From the NCBI GenBank assembly GCA_965229085.1, contig OZ245859.1, positions 1,140,207 to 1,204,206 on the forward strand: a stretch of DNA of 64,000 nt. Reading direction: 5' to 3'. Below the pieces are notes generated by a model that made no database searches, was not told the origin of the DNA, and saw only the letters and a program-made list of their open reading frames with translations. Made by a program: the position numbers and the translations under genes. Source of the stretch: Kaistia sp. (GTDB taxonomy: Bacteria > Pseudomonadota > Alphaproteobacteria > Rhizobiales > Kaistiaceae). Shown in pieces: positions 48,064 through 57,754 of the stretch (its first letter is position 1; each line of letters begins with the position of its first letter).

Positions 48064-48443
48064 TGGCGACCTAAACTATGTAAAGCGCCATGGCCTGCAC
48101 GTGGTGATAGGCCGGCTGAAGGCGCAGGATCGCGCGCCAAGCGGCATGAACTGGAGTGGTTTCAACGCGCTGTGCGCCGTGCAGGCCAATGCCAGGGCAG
48201 CACCGCCGTCCCGCTTTGCGAGGAGCCCGAGGGACAAGCGCGACCAGCGGCCGAGCACGGCGCTACTGATCTCGATCCGGCCTGGTCGGCGACAGCGACA
48301 GCATGGAGCCGGCATTCAGGCCCGCCCGAGCGCAAGCCGGCAACGCCTTAGTGATGAATGCCCGGCAGCGGGCGCGACGGCCGCTCCGGCAAGAGCGCTC
48401 GATCACGGCACCCGGAGCGCAAGGGCGGCCACGACCGCAACAA

Positions 48444-49151
48444 TCAAGCCTTGGCGAAAACGGCGCTGCGCTTGTTGCGGAGATGCTGAAAGAGGATTTC
48501 GCTGAGCTCCGCGCCTTGGCGGCGACGCAACGCGTCGAGGATCGCCTCGTGTTCACGCATTGCCTCGCTCCAGCGATCGCGGCTGCGCGCGGAATTGGCC
48601 GAGAAGCGGGCGCGGCGCAGGCGGCCGGTCATGGCGGCATAACTGGCCTGCAGCATGCTGTTGCGCGCGGCGCGGACGATCGCCTGATGGATCATCTGGT
48701 TGAACTGGAAATAGCCGTGCATGTCGCGACGAAGGTAGCAGCCATACATCTCGTAGTGCAGCTTCTCGATCTCGACGACCTCGTCATCCGTGATGGCCTC
48801 GCAAGCCAGCCGACCGGCCAGCGATTCGAGACCGCCCATCACATCGAACAATTCCATCAGATCCTGCTCGCTCAGCGCACGCACGCGGGCGCCTCTGTTG
48901 GGCAGCAGTTCGAGCAGGCCCTCGGCAGCCAGGACCTTCAACGCCTCGCGCAAAGGGGTGCGTGAAATGCCGAGCATCTCGCAGAGCTCGCGCTCGGGGA
49001 CACGCTCGCCCTCACCGAGACTGCCCTCGACAAGGTAGTCGCGAAGCCGAGCGAGAATCTCGTCATGCAGCGAGGCCGCATTGCGCGCTGGCTCACCCTC
49101 CGGCGCCTCGTCGCTCGAACTCTGTGCAGTGGATGCTGTCGATTTAATCAT
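48444..49151 (-). CDS. GntR-family (FCD) transcriptional regulator
   Basis: ERELCEMLGISRTPLREALKVL, EHEAILDAL. Confidence 0.93.
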   Translation of the reverse strand: MIKSTASTAQSSSDEAPEGEPARNAASLHDEILARLRDYLVEGSLGEGERVPERELCEMLGISRTPLREALKVLAAEGLLELLPNRGARVRALSEQDLMELFDVMGGLESLAGRLACEAITDDEVVEIEKLHYEMYGCYLRRDMHGYFQFNQMIHQAIVRAARNSMLQASYAAMTGRLRRARFSANSARSRDRWSEAMREHEAILDALRRRQGAELSEILFQHLRNKRSAVFAKA

Positions 49152-49294
49152 GATTGCTCAATTGTATCGCATTCAATTCATTTCGTCCAACAAATACTTA
49201 AAAATTCAATGTTCTTCTTGATCCCCTAAAAAATGAATGCATTATTGCCTCCAACGCGCCGGCAGATTGACGACAAAGGTTTCGGAGACGAGTG

Positions 49295-50488
49295 ATGACA
49301 GAGCGTTCTGGGCCGCATTTCCTGCAAATTCCAGGCCCAAGCCCGGTTCCGGAACGCATATTGGCGGCCATTGGCAGCCAGGTGATTGATCATCGCGGCC
49401 CGGAATTCAAAAAGCTCGGACAGACCGTGCTTGAAGGCTGCAAAATTGCATTCAAAACCTCCGGACCGGTTATCATCTATCCATCGTCCGGAACGGGGGC
49501 GTGGGAAGCAGCCATCGTCAACACGCTGTCACCCGGCGACACCGTGCTGATGGTCGAGACCGGACATTTCGCGACGCTTTGGCACCAGATGGCGGTGCGG
49601 CTCGGCCTCGACGTTGAATTCATTCCGGGCGACTGGCGGCATGGCGTCGATGCGGCCCTGCTGGAGAGCCGGCTCGCCGAAGATCGCTCCGCGACGATCA
49701 AGGCGGTCATGGTCGTCCACAACGAAACCTCGACAGGTGTAACGAGCGATATCGCAGCCGTCCGCCGCGCGATCGACAGTGCGGGCCATCCCGCGCTGCT
49801 GATGGTCGATACGATTTCATCGCTCGGATCGGCGGACTACCGCCATGACGAGTGGGGTGTCGACGTGACGGTGAGCTGCTCCCAGAAGGGTCTGATGCTG
49901 CCGCCTGGCCTCGGCTTCAATGCGATCTCGCAGAAGGCGCTCGCCGCTTCGAAAGCCAACGGACTGCGGCGCTCTTATTGGGACTGGGAAGAGATGCTGA
50001 AGCCCAATGCCAACGGCTTCTTCCCTTATACGCCGGCGACCAACCTGCTCTATGGCCTCAAAGAGGCCTTGGCCATGCTGATGGAAGAGGGCCTCGATAA
50101 CGTCTTCGCACGGCATAAGCGTCTCGCCGCAGCCACACGGGCCGCCGTGCGGGCCTGGGGCCTCGAGATCCTCTGCCTCAACCCCGCCGAGTATTCGCCG
50201 GTCCTCACGGCAGTTCTGATGCCCGAGGGCCATGACGCCGATCGCTTCCGCGCGGTGGTGCTGGAAGAGACCAACATGTCGCTTGGCGCGGGTCTTGCCA
50301 AGTTGGCTGGCAAGGTCTTCCGGATCGGCCATCTCGGCGCCTGCAACGAGTTGATCCTGATGGGCGCGCTATCGGGAGTCGAATTGGGCCTGGCTGCAGC
50401 AGGCGTTCCCTATCGACCCGGCGGGATCGCAGCAGCGCTTGAGGAACTGAAACGCGGCGGGCCGTCGCAGGCTTCTGCCGGCGCGTGA
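49295..50488 (+). CDS. Class V PLP aminotransferase (serine/alanine-glyoxylate type)
   Basis: IPGP, SSGTGAWEAA, HNETSTG, VDTISS, SQKGLMLPPG, FRIGHLG. Confidence 0.9.
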   Translation: MTERSGPHFLQIPGPSPVPERILAAIGSQVIDHRGPEFKKLGQTVLEGCKIAFKTSGPVIIYPSSGTGAWEAAIVNTLSPGDTVLMVETGHFATLWHQMAVRLGLDVEFIPGDWRHGVDAALLESRLAEDRSATIKAVMVVHNETSTGVTSDIAAVRRAIDSAGHPALLMVDTISSLGSADYRHDEWGVDVTVSCSQKGLMLPPGLGFNAISQKALAASKANGLRRSYWDWEEMLKPNANGFFPYTPATNLLYGLKEALAMLMEEGLDNVFARHKRLAAATRAAVRAWGLEILCLNPAEYSPVLTAVLMPEGHDADRFRAVVLEETNMSLGAGLAKLAGKVFRIGHLGACNELILMGALSGVELGLAAAGVPYRPGGIAAALEELKRGGPSQASAGA

Positions 50489-50579
50489 CCGCACACGGCA
50501 CAGTGAGAGTTGAGCGTCCGGCAGGCCCATCTTCCAACGGCCACACCGGATGACGGACAAAGGCAAGGAGCGGACCAGC

Positions 50580-51659
50580 ATGCGTATCGATGCCCACAAG
50601 GTCTTGATGAACAGTCCGAGCGACGTATCGGCGCTCGACGCTATGATCGCTGCCGGCACGCTGAACCCGGCTGAAATCGTTGCCGTGATCGGCAAGACCG
50701 AAGGCAATGGCGGCGCGAACGACTTCACGCGGGGCTTTGCGACACTCTCGTTCACGCTGACGCTGGCACGGCATCTGAACATCTCCCCCGACGCTGTCGC
50801 GAAGCGCATTGCCTTTGTGTGGTCCGGCGGCACCGAAGGGGTCCTCAGCCCGCATGCGACCGTGTTCACCCGCAGCGAGGGCGCTCCCACCGGCGGCAAG
50901 CGGCTGGCGCTCGGCATTGCGCTGACGCGGGACTTCGCCGGGGAAGAGGTCGGCACCATGATCGAGGTGCTGGAAGTCGCCGACGCCGTGCGGCGCGCGC
51001 TTGCAGAGGCCGGCATCGCCTCGCCGGCCGACGTCCACTATGTGCAGGTCAAGGGGCCGCTCCTGACCCCTGCCCTCATCGCCGACGCCGACCGTCGCGG
51101 CGCGGCGGTCGTGACGCGCGACCCTAATGGCTCCAAGCCGTTTGCGCGCGGCGCGACCGCGCTCGGCGTGGCCCTGGCGCTCGGCGAGATCGAGGAGGCC
51201 GCCCTGTCCGACGGGATGATCGCCCGCGACATGAGCCTCTATTCCTCCGTCGCCAACACGTCGGCCGGGGGCGAATTGCGCAATTGCGAGATCCTGCTGT
51301 TCGGAAACTCGGCCAGCGCCGGCGGTGATCTCTCGATCGGGCATGCCGTGCTGAAGGATGTGGTGGATGCCGATGCCATCCGCCGCGCCGCGAGGAATGC
51401 CGGCGGCGAGGCGAGCGACATCGTGTCGATCTTCGCGAAGGCCGAGGCACCGCCCGGCGGCCTCTTGCGCGGCAGGCGGACGACGATGCTGTCCGATGCC
51501 GACATCAACTATGAGCGACACGCGCGCGCCGCGCTCGGCGCCGTCATCGCTTCGGTGACCGACGACAGCGCGATCTTCGTCTCCGGCGGCACGGAACACC
51601 AATGCGCGCCGGGAGAGGCGCCGATCGCCGCCATCGTGCGGATCGCATCACCGTCATGA
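50580..51659 (+). CDS. Ring-opening amidohydrolase, cyanuric acid hydrolase/barbiturase (AtzD) family
   Basis: GKTEGNGGANDFTR, SGGTEGVLSPH, VQVKGPLLT, ARGATALG, TSAGGEL, RHAR, VSGGTEHQ. Confidence 0.88.
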   Translation: MRIDAHKVLMNSPSDVSALDAMIAAGTLNPAEIVAVIGKTEGNGGANDFTRGFATLSFTLTLARHLNISPDAVAKRIAFVWSGGTEGVLSPHATVFTRSEGAPTGGKRLALGIALTRDFAGEEVGTMIEVLEVADAVRRALAEAGIASPADVHYVQVKGPLLTPALIADADRRGAAVVTRDPNGSKPFARGATALGVALALGEIEEAALSDGMIARDMSLYSSVANTSAGGELRNCEILLFGNSASAGGDLSIGHAVLKDVVDADAIRRAARNAGGEASDIVSIFAKAEAPPGGLLRGRRTTMLSDADINYERHARAALGAVIASVTDDSAIFVSGGTEHQCAPGEAPIAAIVRIASPS

Positions 51660-51750
51660 ACCCAGCCGCTCCGCGCAAGGCGGGGCGACTGCAATGCTTC
51701 TTCGGGAACAGTGAAAAGGCCCGGAAACCGGGCCATAGCAGGAGAATGAC

Positions 51751-52770
51751 ATGAGCTTGAACCGATCCCTTCCGACCGTCCGCGCGACACTCGCGGTCGC
51801 CCTCCTTCTTGGCTCCTCGGCGCTCGCCACCTCGGCCATGGCCGAGGACAAGGCAGCGATCCTGCTGCCCGGCAGCATCAACGACCAGAGCTGGAACGCG
51901 CTCGGCTATTCCATCCTGACCAGCCTCAAGTCGCATGGCTTCGAGACGGCCTATACCGAGAATGTCGCCGACGCCGATGAGGCCGAAGCGCTGCGCGGCT
52001 ATGCCAATCAGGGCTTCAAGATCGTAATGGGCCATTCCGGCCGCTTCGTCTCGGCCATGGAGCAGGTCGCGCCGGACTTTCCGCAGACCCAGTTCATCGC
52101 CGTCAGCGGCAATGAGGGCGCCCCGCCGAACGTGATGTCGGTCGACTATAACAACGCCCAGTTCGGCTGCCAGCTCGGTCTGCTCGCCGCGCGCATGAGC
52201 AAGACGCACAAGGTCGCCGGCGTCTATGGCCTCGAAGGCGTTCCCAACATCACCGCACAGGCCGGCGCCTTCCGCATCTGCGCCGCCAAGGCGGGCGCCG
52301 AAGTGACGATCCTCTATGTCAAGGACATGGAAGACGCCGCCGCATCGAAGGAAGCGGCCCTTTCGCTGATCGCAGGCGGCGCCGACGTTCTCACGGGCAA
52401 GCTCAACGCCGCCATTTCCGGCATCGTCGCTGCTGCCAAGGAAAAGAACGTCTATGTGACGGGTCGCGGTTTCGACCAGACGAAGCTCGCGCCCGACAAT
52501 GTGCTCACCAATATCGTCGAGGATTGGCCGGCGATGTTCGGCAAGACGGCTGACGATGTGAAGGCCGGCAAGCTGTTCGGGACGTTCCTGCAGTATGGCT
52601 ACGACACCGCGCCGGTGACGGGTTCGTCGCTGCTCTACGCCGAAGGCAAGCCCTTTAACCCTGTCGTTCCGGCGGCGGTGGCCAAGGAAGTCGAAGATAT
52701 GGCGGCCGCGTTCCAGTCCGGCGCGCTGAAGGTCGAGCCGACCCGCGACGACGCGCGCAGCGGCAGCTGA
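51751..52770 (+). CDS. BMP/PnrA-family ABC substrate-binding protein (nucleoside/nucleobase type)
   Basis: PGSINDQSWNA, YANQG, KVAGVYG, GADV; signal peptide. Confidence 0.88.
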   Translation: MSLNRSLPTVRATLAVALLLGSSALATSAMAEDKAAILLPGSINDQSWNALGYSILTSLKSHGFETAYTENVADADEAEALRGYANQGFKIVMGHSGRFVSAMEQVAPDFPQTQFIAVSGNEGAPPNVMSVDYNNAQFGCQLGLLAARMSKTHKVAGVYGLEGVPNITAQAGAFRICAAKAGAEVTILYVKDMEDAAASKEAALSLIAGGADVLTGKLNAAISGIVAAAKEKNVYVTGRGFDQTKLAPDNVLTNIVEDWPAMFGKTADDVKAGKLFGTFLQYGYDTAPVTGSSLLYAEGKPFNPVVPAAVAKEVEDMAAAFQSGALKVEPTRDDARSGS

Positions 52771-52915
52771 GCCGTCGCGCTCAGGCTATCAAGCACCCTC
52801 GGCCGGGGACACTTTCTCCGGCCGATTGTCCCGCGGGGCCATCCCCCGGGAGCCTGGCATGGGAGCTCCTTTCGGAGCCCCAGCCCCACGACAAGCCTGC
52901 GACGGAGATGCACGC

Positions 52916-54406
52916 GTGGCACCCCTTTTGGAAATGCGCGGGATCGTGCGCTCGTTCGGCGAGGTCCGGGCGAACGACAATATCGATCTCACCGTGCATT
53001 CCGGCGAAATCCTCGGGCTTCTGGGCGAGAACGGCTCTGGCAAGAGCACCTTGATGAAGATCCTCTACGGCATGTTGCCGCCGGATTCCGGCGACATCCG
53101 CTTCCGGGGTCTCCCGCTTGCCGCCCATACGCCCGCGGCCGCGATCGCCGCCGGCATCGCCATGATCCACCAGCACTTCATGCTGGTCGAAGCGATGACC
53201 GTGACCGAGAATATCCTGCTCGGCTGGCCTGGCGCGGGCCAGTTGCTGAAACCGAAGGCAATGGCGGCTCATATCCGCGAGGCCAGCCAGCGCTTCGGCC
53301 TCGATCTGGATCCCGACGTGCGGATCTCGAGCTTGCCGCTCGGGCGCCGCCAGCGGGTCGAAATCCTGAAGGCGATCCTGCGCAATGCCGAGCTGCTGAT
53401 CCTGGACGAGCCAACCTCCAACCTCGCCCCGGTCGAGGTGCGCGAACTGCTCGATATCATGCGGCGCCTTCGGCTCGAGGGTAAAGGCATCGTCTTCATC
53501 AGCCACAAGCTGCCGGAAGTGCTCGACGTCTGTGACCGCGTCGTCGTGCTGCGGGCCGGCAAGCTCGCCGGCGCCGCCGCCGTTGCCGATGTCGGCCGCG
53601 AGCAACTGGCGGAAATGATGGTCGGCCGCAGCGTGCCGATGCCGCGCGTCGTCGTGGATGACCAGCCGCGCGGCCCGCTGCTCCTCAGCGTGCGCGGCAT
53701 GCAGGCCCAAGGTCTCACCCCGCTGACATTCGATCTGCGCGGCGGGGAGATCCTGGGCATTGCGGGCGTCGACGGCAACGGACAGCTTGAGCTGGCCGAA
53801 GCGTTGGCAGGCCTCAGACCCATCGATGCCGGCGTCGTCATGATCGGCAACGCGGACGCGACGCTGAGCAAGGTCGCCGATCGCGTCCGGATGGGCATGG
53901 CCTATCTGCCGGCCGACCGGTCGCACACCGCGCTCGTCAAATCGATGTCGGTGCAGGACAATCTGATGCTGCGCGACAGCAACCGCGCACCCTACGGCAA
54001 CACGGTGCACCTGACCCCGCGCGAAGGCCATGTCAGGGCCCGCGCGCTGATGACGCAATTCGACGTGCGCGCGCCGGACCCGGACTTTCTCGTCGGCAAG
54101 CTCTCGGGCGGCAACCAGCAGAAGATCGTCATCGCCCGCGAGCTCGACCGCAAGCCGAGCGTGGTCGTCGCACACCAATCGACCTGGGGCCTCGATCCCG
54201 GCGCGACCCGCTTCGTGCTCGACCAGATGCTGGCTCTGCGCCAGCAAGGGGCGGCCATTCTCTACATATCCTCGGAGCTGGAGGAGATCCTCTCGATCAG
54301 CGACCGAATCGCCGTGATGGCGGGCGGCGGCTTCGCGGGCTTCATCCCCAATCGCAATGTTGACCTTCGGCAAATCGGCCTCTGGATGTCCGGGAGACAC
54401 GAATGA
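52916..54406 (+). CDS. ABC ATPase of nucleoside (NupA/YufO-like) transporter (GTG start)
   Basis: RANDNID, GENGSGKST, MIHQHFML, DEPT, SGGNQQK. Confidence 0.9.
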   Translation: MAPLLEMRGIVRSFGEVRANDNIDLTVHSGEILGLLGENGSGKSTLMKILYGMLPPDSGDIRFRGLPLAAHTPAAAIAAGIAMIHQHFMLVEAMTVTENILLGWPGAGQLLKPKAMAAHIREASQRFGLDLDPDVRISSLPLGRRQRVEILKAILRNAELLILDEPTSNLAPVEVRELLDIMRRLRLEGKGIVFISHKLPEVLDVCDRVVVLRAGKLAGAAAVADVGREQLAEMMVGRSVPMPRVVVDDQPRGPLLLSVRGMQAQGLTPLTFDLRGGEILGIAGVDGNGQLELAEALAGLRPIDAGVVMIGNADATLSKVADRVRMGMAYLPADRSHTALVKSMSVQDNLMLRDSNRAPYGNTVHLTPREGHVRARALMTQFDVRAPDPDFLVGKLSGGNQQKIVIARELDRKPSVVVAHQSTWGLDPGATRFVLDQMLALRQQGAAILYISSELEEILSISDRIAVMAGGGFAGFIPNRNVDLRQIGLWMSGRHE

Positions 54407-55458
54407 GCGACACATCCAAGGCCGCGACGCCAGGTCGGCCGCTGCGGATCACGCTCAGCGGGCATGGGCTCGGCGTCGACATTGCGCTGGCACTGCTTCT
54501 GTCGATCATCTGCGCGGCAATCCTGATCGCCCTCGCCGGCCATAGCCCGCTGGCCGGCTTCCTCGCCATCCTGCAAGGCGCCTTTGGCGATGCCCATCAG
54601 ATCGGCGCCTCGCTCAATCGGTCGACGCCCTATCTTTTGTCTGGTGTCGGTGTGGCGCTCTGCTTCCGGGCCGGAATCATCAATCTCGGCGCGGAAGGCC
54701 AGATTGCACTGGGCGGAGCCGGGGCGGCGGCGATGGCGCTGGCCTTTCCCGGCGCGCCGGCGATCATTGCGATTCCCCTGTCGCTCGCGGCGGGCGCGCT
54801 GGCCGGCGCCGCATGGTCCGGCGTCGCCACCGTCATCCACCTCAAGCGGCGGGTGCACGAGGTTCTGGCGACGCTGCTCCTGAACTTCATCGCGGTCCTG
54901 CTGGTGCAGCAATTGCTGGCCGGTCCGCTTGGCCAGTTCGGTGCGGGCTTCCTTCAATCACCGCTGATGCCCCATCCAGCATGGCTGCCCAAGGCCCCGA
55001 ATTTCGACGCCCATATCGGCATTCTGATCGCCGTCGCCGCCGCCGCCGCCGCGTCCTTCCTGATCTGGCGCACCCCCTTCGGCTTCGCGTTGCGGGTCGC
55101 GGGTTCCTCGCGCCTCGCCGCGACCTATGCCGGCTTCTCGCTCGATCGCCTCACATGGGGCGCGATGCTGCTGGCCGGCGCACTGGCTGGCCTTGCCGGC
55201 GGCGTCGAGGTGCTCGGCATTCATCGGCGCCTTATCGAAGGGTTTTCGCTCGGTTTCGGCTTCAAGGCGGTGACGGTCGCGCTGCTTGGCGCGACGGAGC
55301 CTCTGGCGATCATCCCGGCCGCGCTGTTCATCGGTTTTCTGGAAACCGGCTCGCTCGCGATGCAGCGTCAGATTGGCGTGCCAACAGCGCTCGTCACAGT
55401 GATGGAGGGGCTGACCATGGTCTTTGTTCTGGTCGCAATGTCGGGACGACGCACATGA
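54403..55458 (+). CDS. Nucleoside-type ABC permease (NupB-like)
   Basis: FRAGIINLGAEGQ, EVLATLLLNF, GFKAVTVALLG. Confidence 0.9.
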   Translation: MSDTSKAATPGRPLRITLSGHGLGVDIALALLLSIICAAILIALAGHSPLAGFLAILQGAFGDAHQIGASLNRSTPYLLSGVGVALCFRAGIINLGAEGQIALGGAGAAAMALAFPGAPAIIAIPLSLAAGALAGAAWSGVATVIHLKRRVHEVLATLLLNFIAVLLVQQLLAGPLGQFGAGFLQSPLMPHPAWLPKAPNFDAHIGILIAVAAAAAASFLIWRTPFGFALRVAGSSRLAATYAGFSLDRLTWGAMLLAGALAGLAGGVEVLGIHRRLIEGFSLGFGFKAVTVALLGATEPLAIIPAALFIGFLETGSLAMQRQIGVPTALVTVMEGLTMVFVLVAMSGRRT

Positions 55459-56369
55459 TCGAATTTCTCGCGGCAGCCATCCGCATTGCGACGCCGATCC
55501 TCCTGGCGGGCCTTGGCGGCATTCTTTCGGAACGAGCCGGCGTGTTCGCCGTTGGGCTCGAGGGCATGATGCTGCTCGGCGCGTTCGGTGCGACCATCGG
55601 GACATGGATCGGCGGCAGTTCGCCGCTCGGCCTCGTCTTCGCGTTGATTGGCGGCGCGGCCATGGGTCTGGTCGTTGCCATCGTCGCGGTGCGCTTTCGC
55701 GCCGACAACATGGTGACCGGCCTCGCGGCCAATATCGTTGCCATGGGGCTGACCAGCTATCTGCTGCGGATCATCGCCTCATCGGGCAAGCCGGTGGCGA
55801 TCCAGAACGAATTGCTGCCGGTGTGGCCGGTTCCCGGGCTCTCCGAACTTCCCGGCGTCGGTCCGCTGCTGTTCACGCATCCTCCCCTGACCTATCTCAC
55901 CATCATCCTCTGCATCGCCTTCACCTTCCTGCTCAACCGGACGCAGATAGGCCTGACGCTCCGCGCAACCGGCGAGAATCCGGAGGTCGTCTATGCCTCG
56001 GGCGTCAATCCGCTCAAGATCCGGATGCTGGCGGTGGTCGCGTGCGGCGCTGTGGCCGGTCTCGGAGGCGCCGTGTTGTCGATGCAGCAGGTTGGAACCT
56101 TCACGGACGGCATGACGAGCGGCCGCGGTTATCTGGCGCTTGCGGCGCTTATCGTCGGCCGCTGGACGCCCTGGGGCACGGCGGCTGCCTGCCTGGTCTT
56201 TGGCGCGGCCGAGGCGTTCGAGCTTCGCCTGCAAGGCTTCGGTATTCCAATCAGTTCGTATGTGATGCAAATGGTGCCCTATCTCATCGGCATCGGCGTT
56301 CTCGCCAGTCTCGGCCGGAATGCGCGCCTGCCGGCCGCAATCGGCAAGCCGCTTTCCCGCAATAGCTGA
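55455..56369 (+). CDS. Nucleoside-type ABC permease (NupC-like)
   Basis: SERAGVFAVGLEG, LRATGENP, GRGYLALAALIVGRW. Confidence 0.9.
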   Translation: MIEFLAAAIRIATPILLAGLGGILSERAGVFAVGLEGMMLLGAFGATIGTWIGGSSPLGLVFALIGGAAMGLVVAIVAVRFRADNMVTGLAANIVAMGLTSYLLRIIASSGKPVAIQNELLPVWPVPGLSELPGVGPLLFTHPPLTYLTIILCIAFTFLLNRTQIGLTLRATGENPEVVYASGVNPLKIRMLAVVACGAVAGLGGAVLSMQQVGTFTDGMTSGRGYLALAALIVGRWTPWGTAAACLVFGAAEAFELRLQGFGIPISSYVMQMVPYLIGIGVLASLGRNARLPAAIGKPLSRNS

Positions 56370-56378
56370 GGCGATCCG

Positions 56379-57731
56379 ATGCCCCTCTCCATCACCGACC
56401 TCGCCAAGGCCCTTGCGAGCGGAGCCGTTACGGCCGAGCGAGTGCTCGACGATTGCCTTACGGCCATCGCAGACCGCGACGGCGCGCTGAACAGCTTTGT
56501 TCATGTCGATCAGGCCGGTGCCCGCGCCGCCGCCCGCGCCAGCGACGAACGCCGCGCCGCCGGAGCCTTGCTCTCGCCGCTCGACGGCATCCCGCTTTCG
56601 GTCAAGGACAACCTCCTGGTCGAAGGAATGCCGGCGACATGGGGCAGCCGTGCCTTCGCTGACTTCGTCCCAGCGGGCGACGAGTTGCCGGTGGCGCGCC
56701 TGCGCGCAGCGGGCGCGGTGCTGGTCGGAAAAACCAATGTCCCCGAGCTGACGCTTGAGGGGTATACGCGCAACGAGCTGTTCGGCGTCACGCGCAACCC
56801 GTTCGACGCAAGACTGACGCCGGGCGGCTCATCAGGCGGCGCGGCGGCCAGCGTTGCGGCGGGATTTGTGCCGGCGGCCATCGGCACCGATGGCGGCGGC
56901 TCGATCCGGCGGCCGGCCTGTCACACCGGCCTGGTCGGCTGGAAGCCCTCCATCGGTCATATTCCCCGGCGCGACGGCTTTCCGGCCATCCTCACGGACT
57001 TCGAGACCATCGGAACGCTGACGACAACAGTCGGCGACGCGATGCTGATGGACGCTGTCCTTTCCGGCCCCGACAATGGCGACCGTCATTCGCTGCCGCC
57101 GCCAACGACACCGCGCCTGCCGACGCCCGCCCGTATTCTCTTTATTCCGCGCTTCGGCACCGCGCCGGTCGATCCCGAAGTCGCTGCCACGACCAGTGCT
57201 TTCGCCGACCAACTCGCAAGCCTCGGCCACCACGTCGAGCGCGGCGAGGTCTTTTTCGATCTCGACAGCTTCGCCAGCATCTGGCGCGTGGTGTCGCGTT
57301 CCGGCGTCGCCTGGCTGATGCGACAGCCGCAATGGAACCTTCGCGAACTGGCAGGCGCGTCAGTTCAGGCCATGGCCGAGGACGGCTATACGATCAGCGG
57401 TGCCGACTATTTCGAAGCGCTCGACCGGGTGACGGCCCTCCGCCGACACTGCGACGCGCTCTTGTCGCGCTACGACTATGTGCTGACACCGACCGCCGCC
57501 GCCCTGCCCTGGCCGGCCGAAAATCCCTATCCCGATATCATCGACGGCCGCGCCGCCGGTCCGCGCGATCACGCTGTTTTCACCGGCTGGGTCAACGCCG
57601 CGGGACTGCCTGCCATCAGCCTGCCGGCGGGTCAGTCGGCCAGCGGAATGCCGATCGGCGTGCAACTCGTCGGCGGATTCGGCCATGACCGCGACCTCCT
57701 CGCCTTCGCGCGAGACCTCTCTGGCATCTGA
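56379..57731 (+). CDS. Amidase-signature family amidase
   Basis: GIPLSVKDN (Lys), GGSSGG (cis-Ser), GTDGGGSIRRPA (Ser nucleophile). Confidence 0.92.
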   Translation: MPLSITDLAKALASGAVTAERVLDDCLTAIADRDGALNSFVHVDQAGARAAARASDERRAAGALLSPLDGIPLSVKDNLLVEGMPATWGSRAFADFVPAGDELPVARLRAAGAVLVGKTNVPELTLEGYTRNELFGVTRNPFDARLTPGGSSGGAAASVAAGFVPAAIGTDGGGSIRRPACHTGLVGWKPSIGHIPRRDGFPAILTDFETIGTLTTTVGDAMLMDAVLSGPDNGDRHSLPPPTTPRLPTPARILFIPRFGTAPVDPEVAATTSAFADQLASLGHHVERGEVFFDLDSFASIWRVVSRSGVAWLMRQPQWNLRELAGASVQAMAEDGYTISGADYFEALDRVTALRRHCDALLSRYDYVLTPTAAALPWPAENPYPDIIDGRAAGPRDHAVFTGWVNAAGLPAISLPAGQSASGMPIGVQLVGGFGHDRDLLAFARDLSGI

Positions 57732-57754
57732 TTCGTTCTGAAGGCTTGAACACC

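Noticed and set aside
47875-48443. Possible small gene in the ~570-bp gap between the DAK operon and gntR
   Set aside because: All frames give low-complexity peptides with no motif or clear RBS
51718-52880. Hairpins around the BMP gene (GGCCCGG-AAA-CCGGGCC; TCGGCCGG...CCGGCCGA)
   Set aside because: Ordinary intercistronic stabilising stems typical of ABC operons; no riboswitch consensus recognised
50580-57731. Standard cyanuric acid/atrazine lower pathway (atzD-atzE)
   Set aside because: The amidase has GTDGGGSIR/VKDN rather than AtzE-type GSDTNGSIR/VKNLFD as recalled; no biuret or allophanate hydrolase in the window
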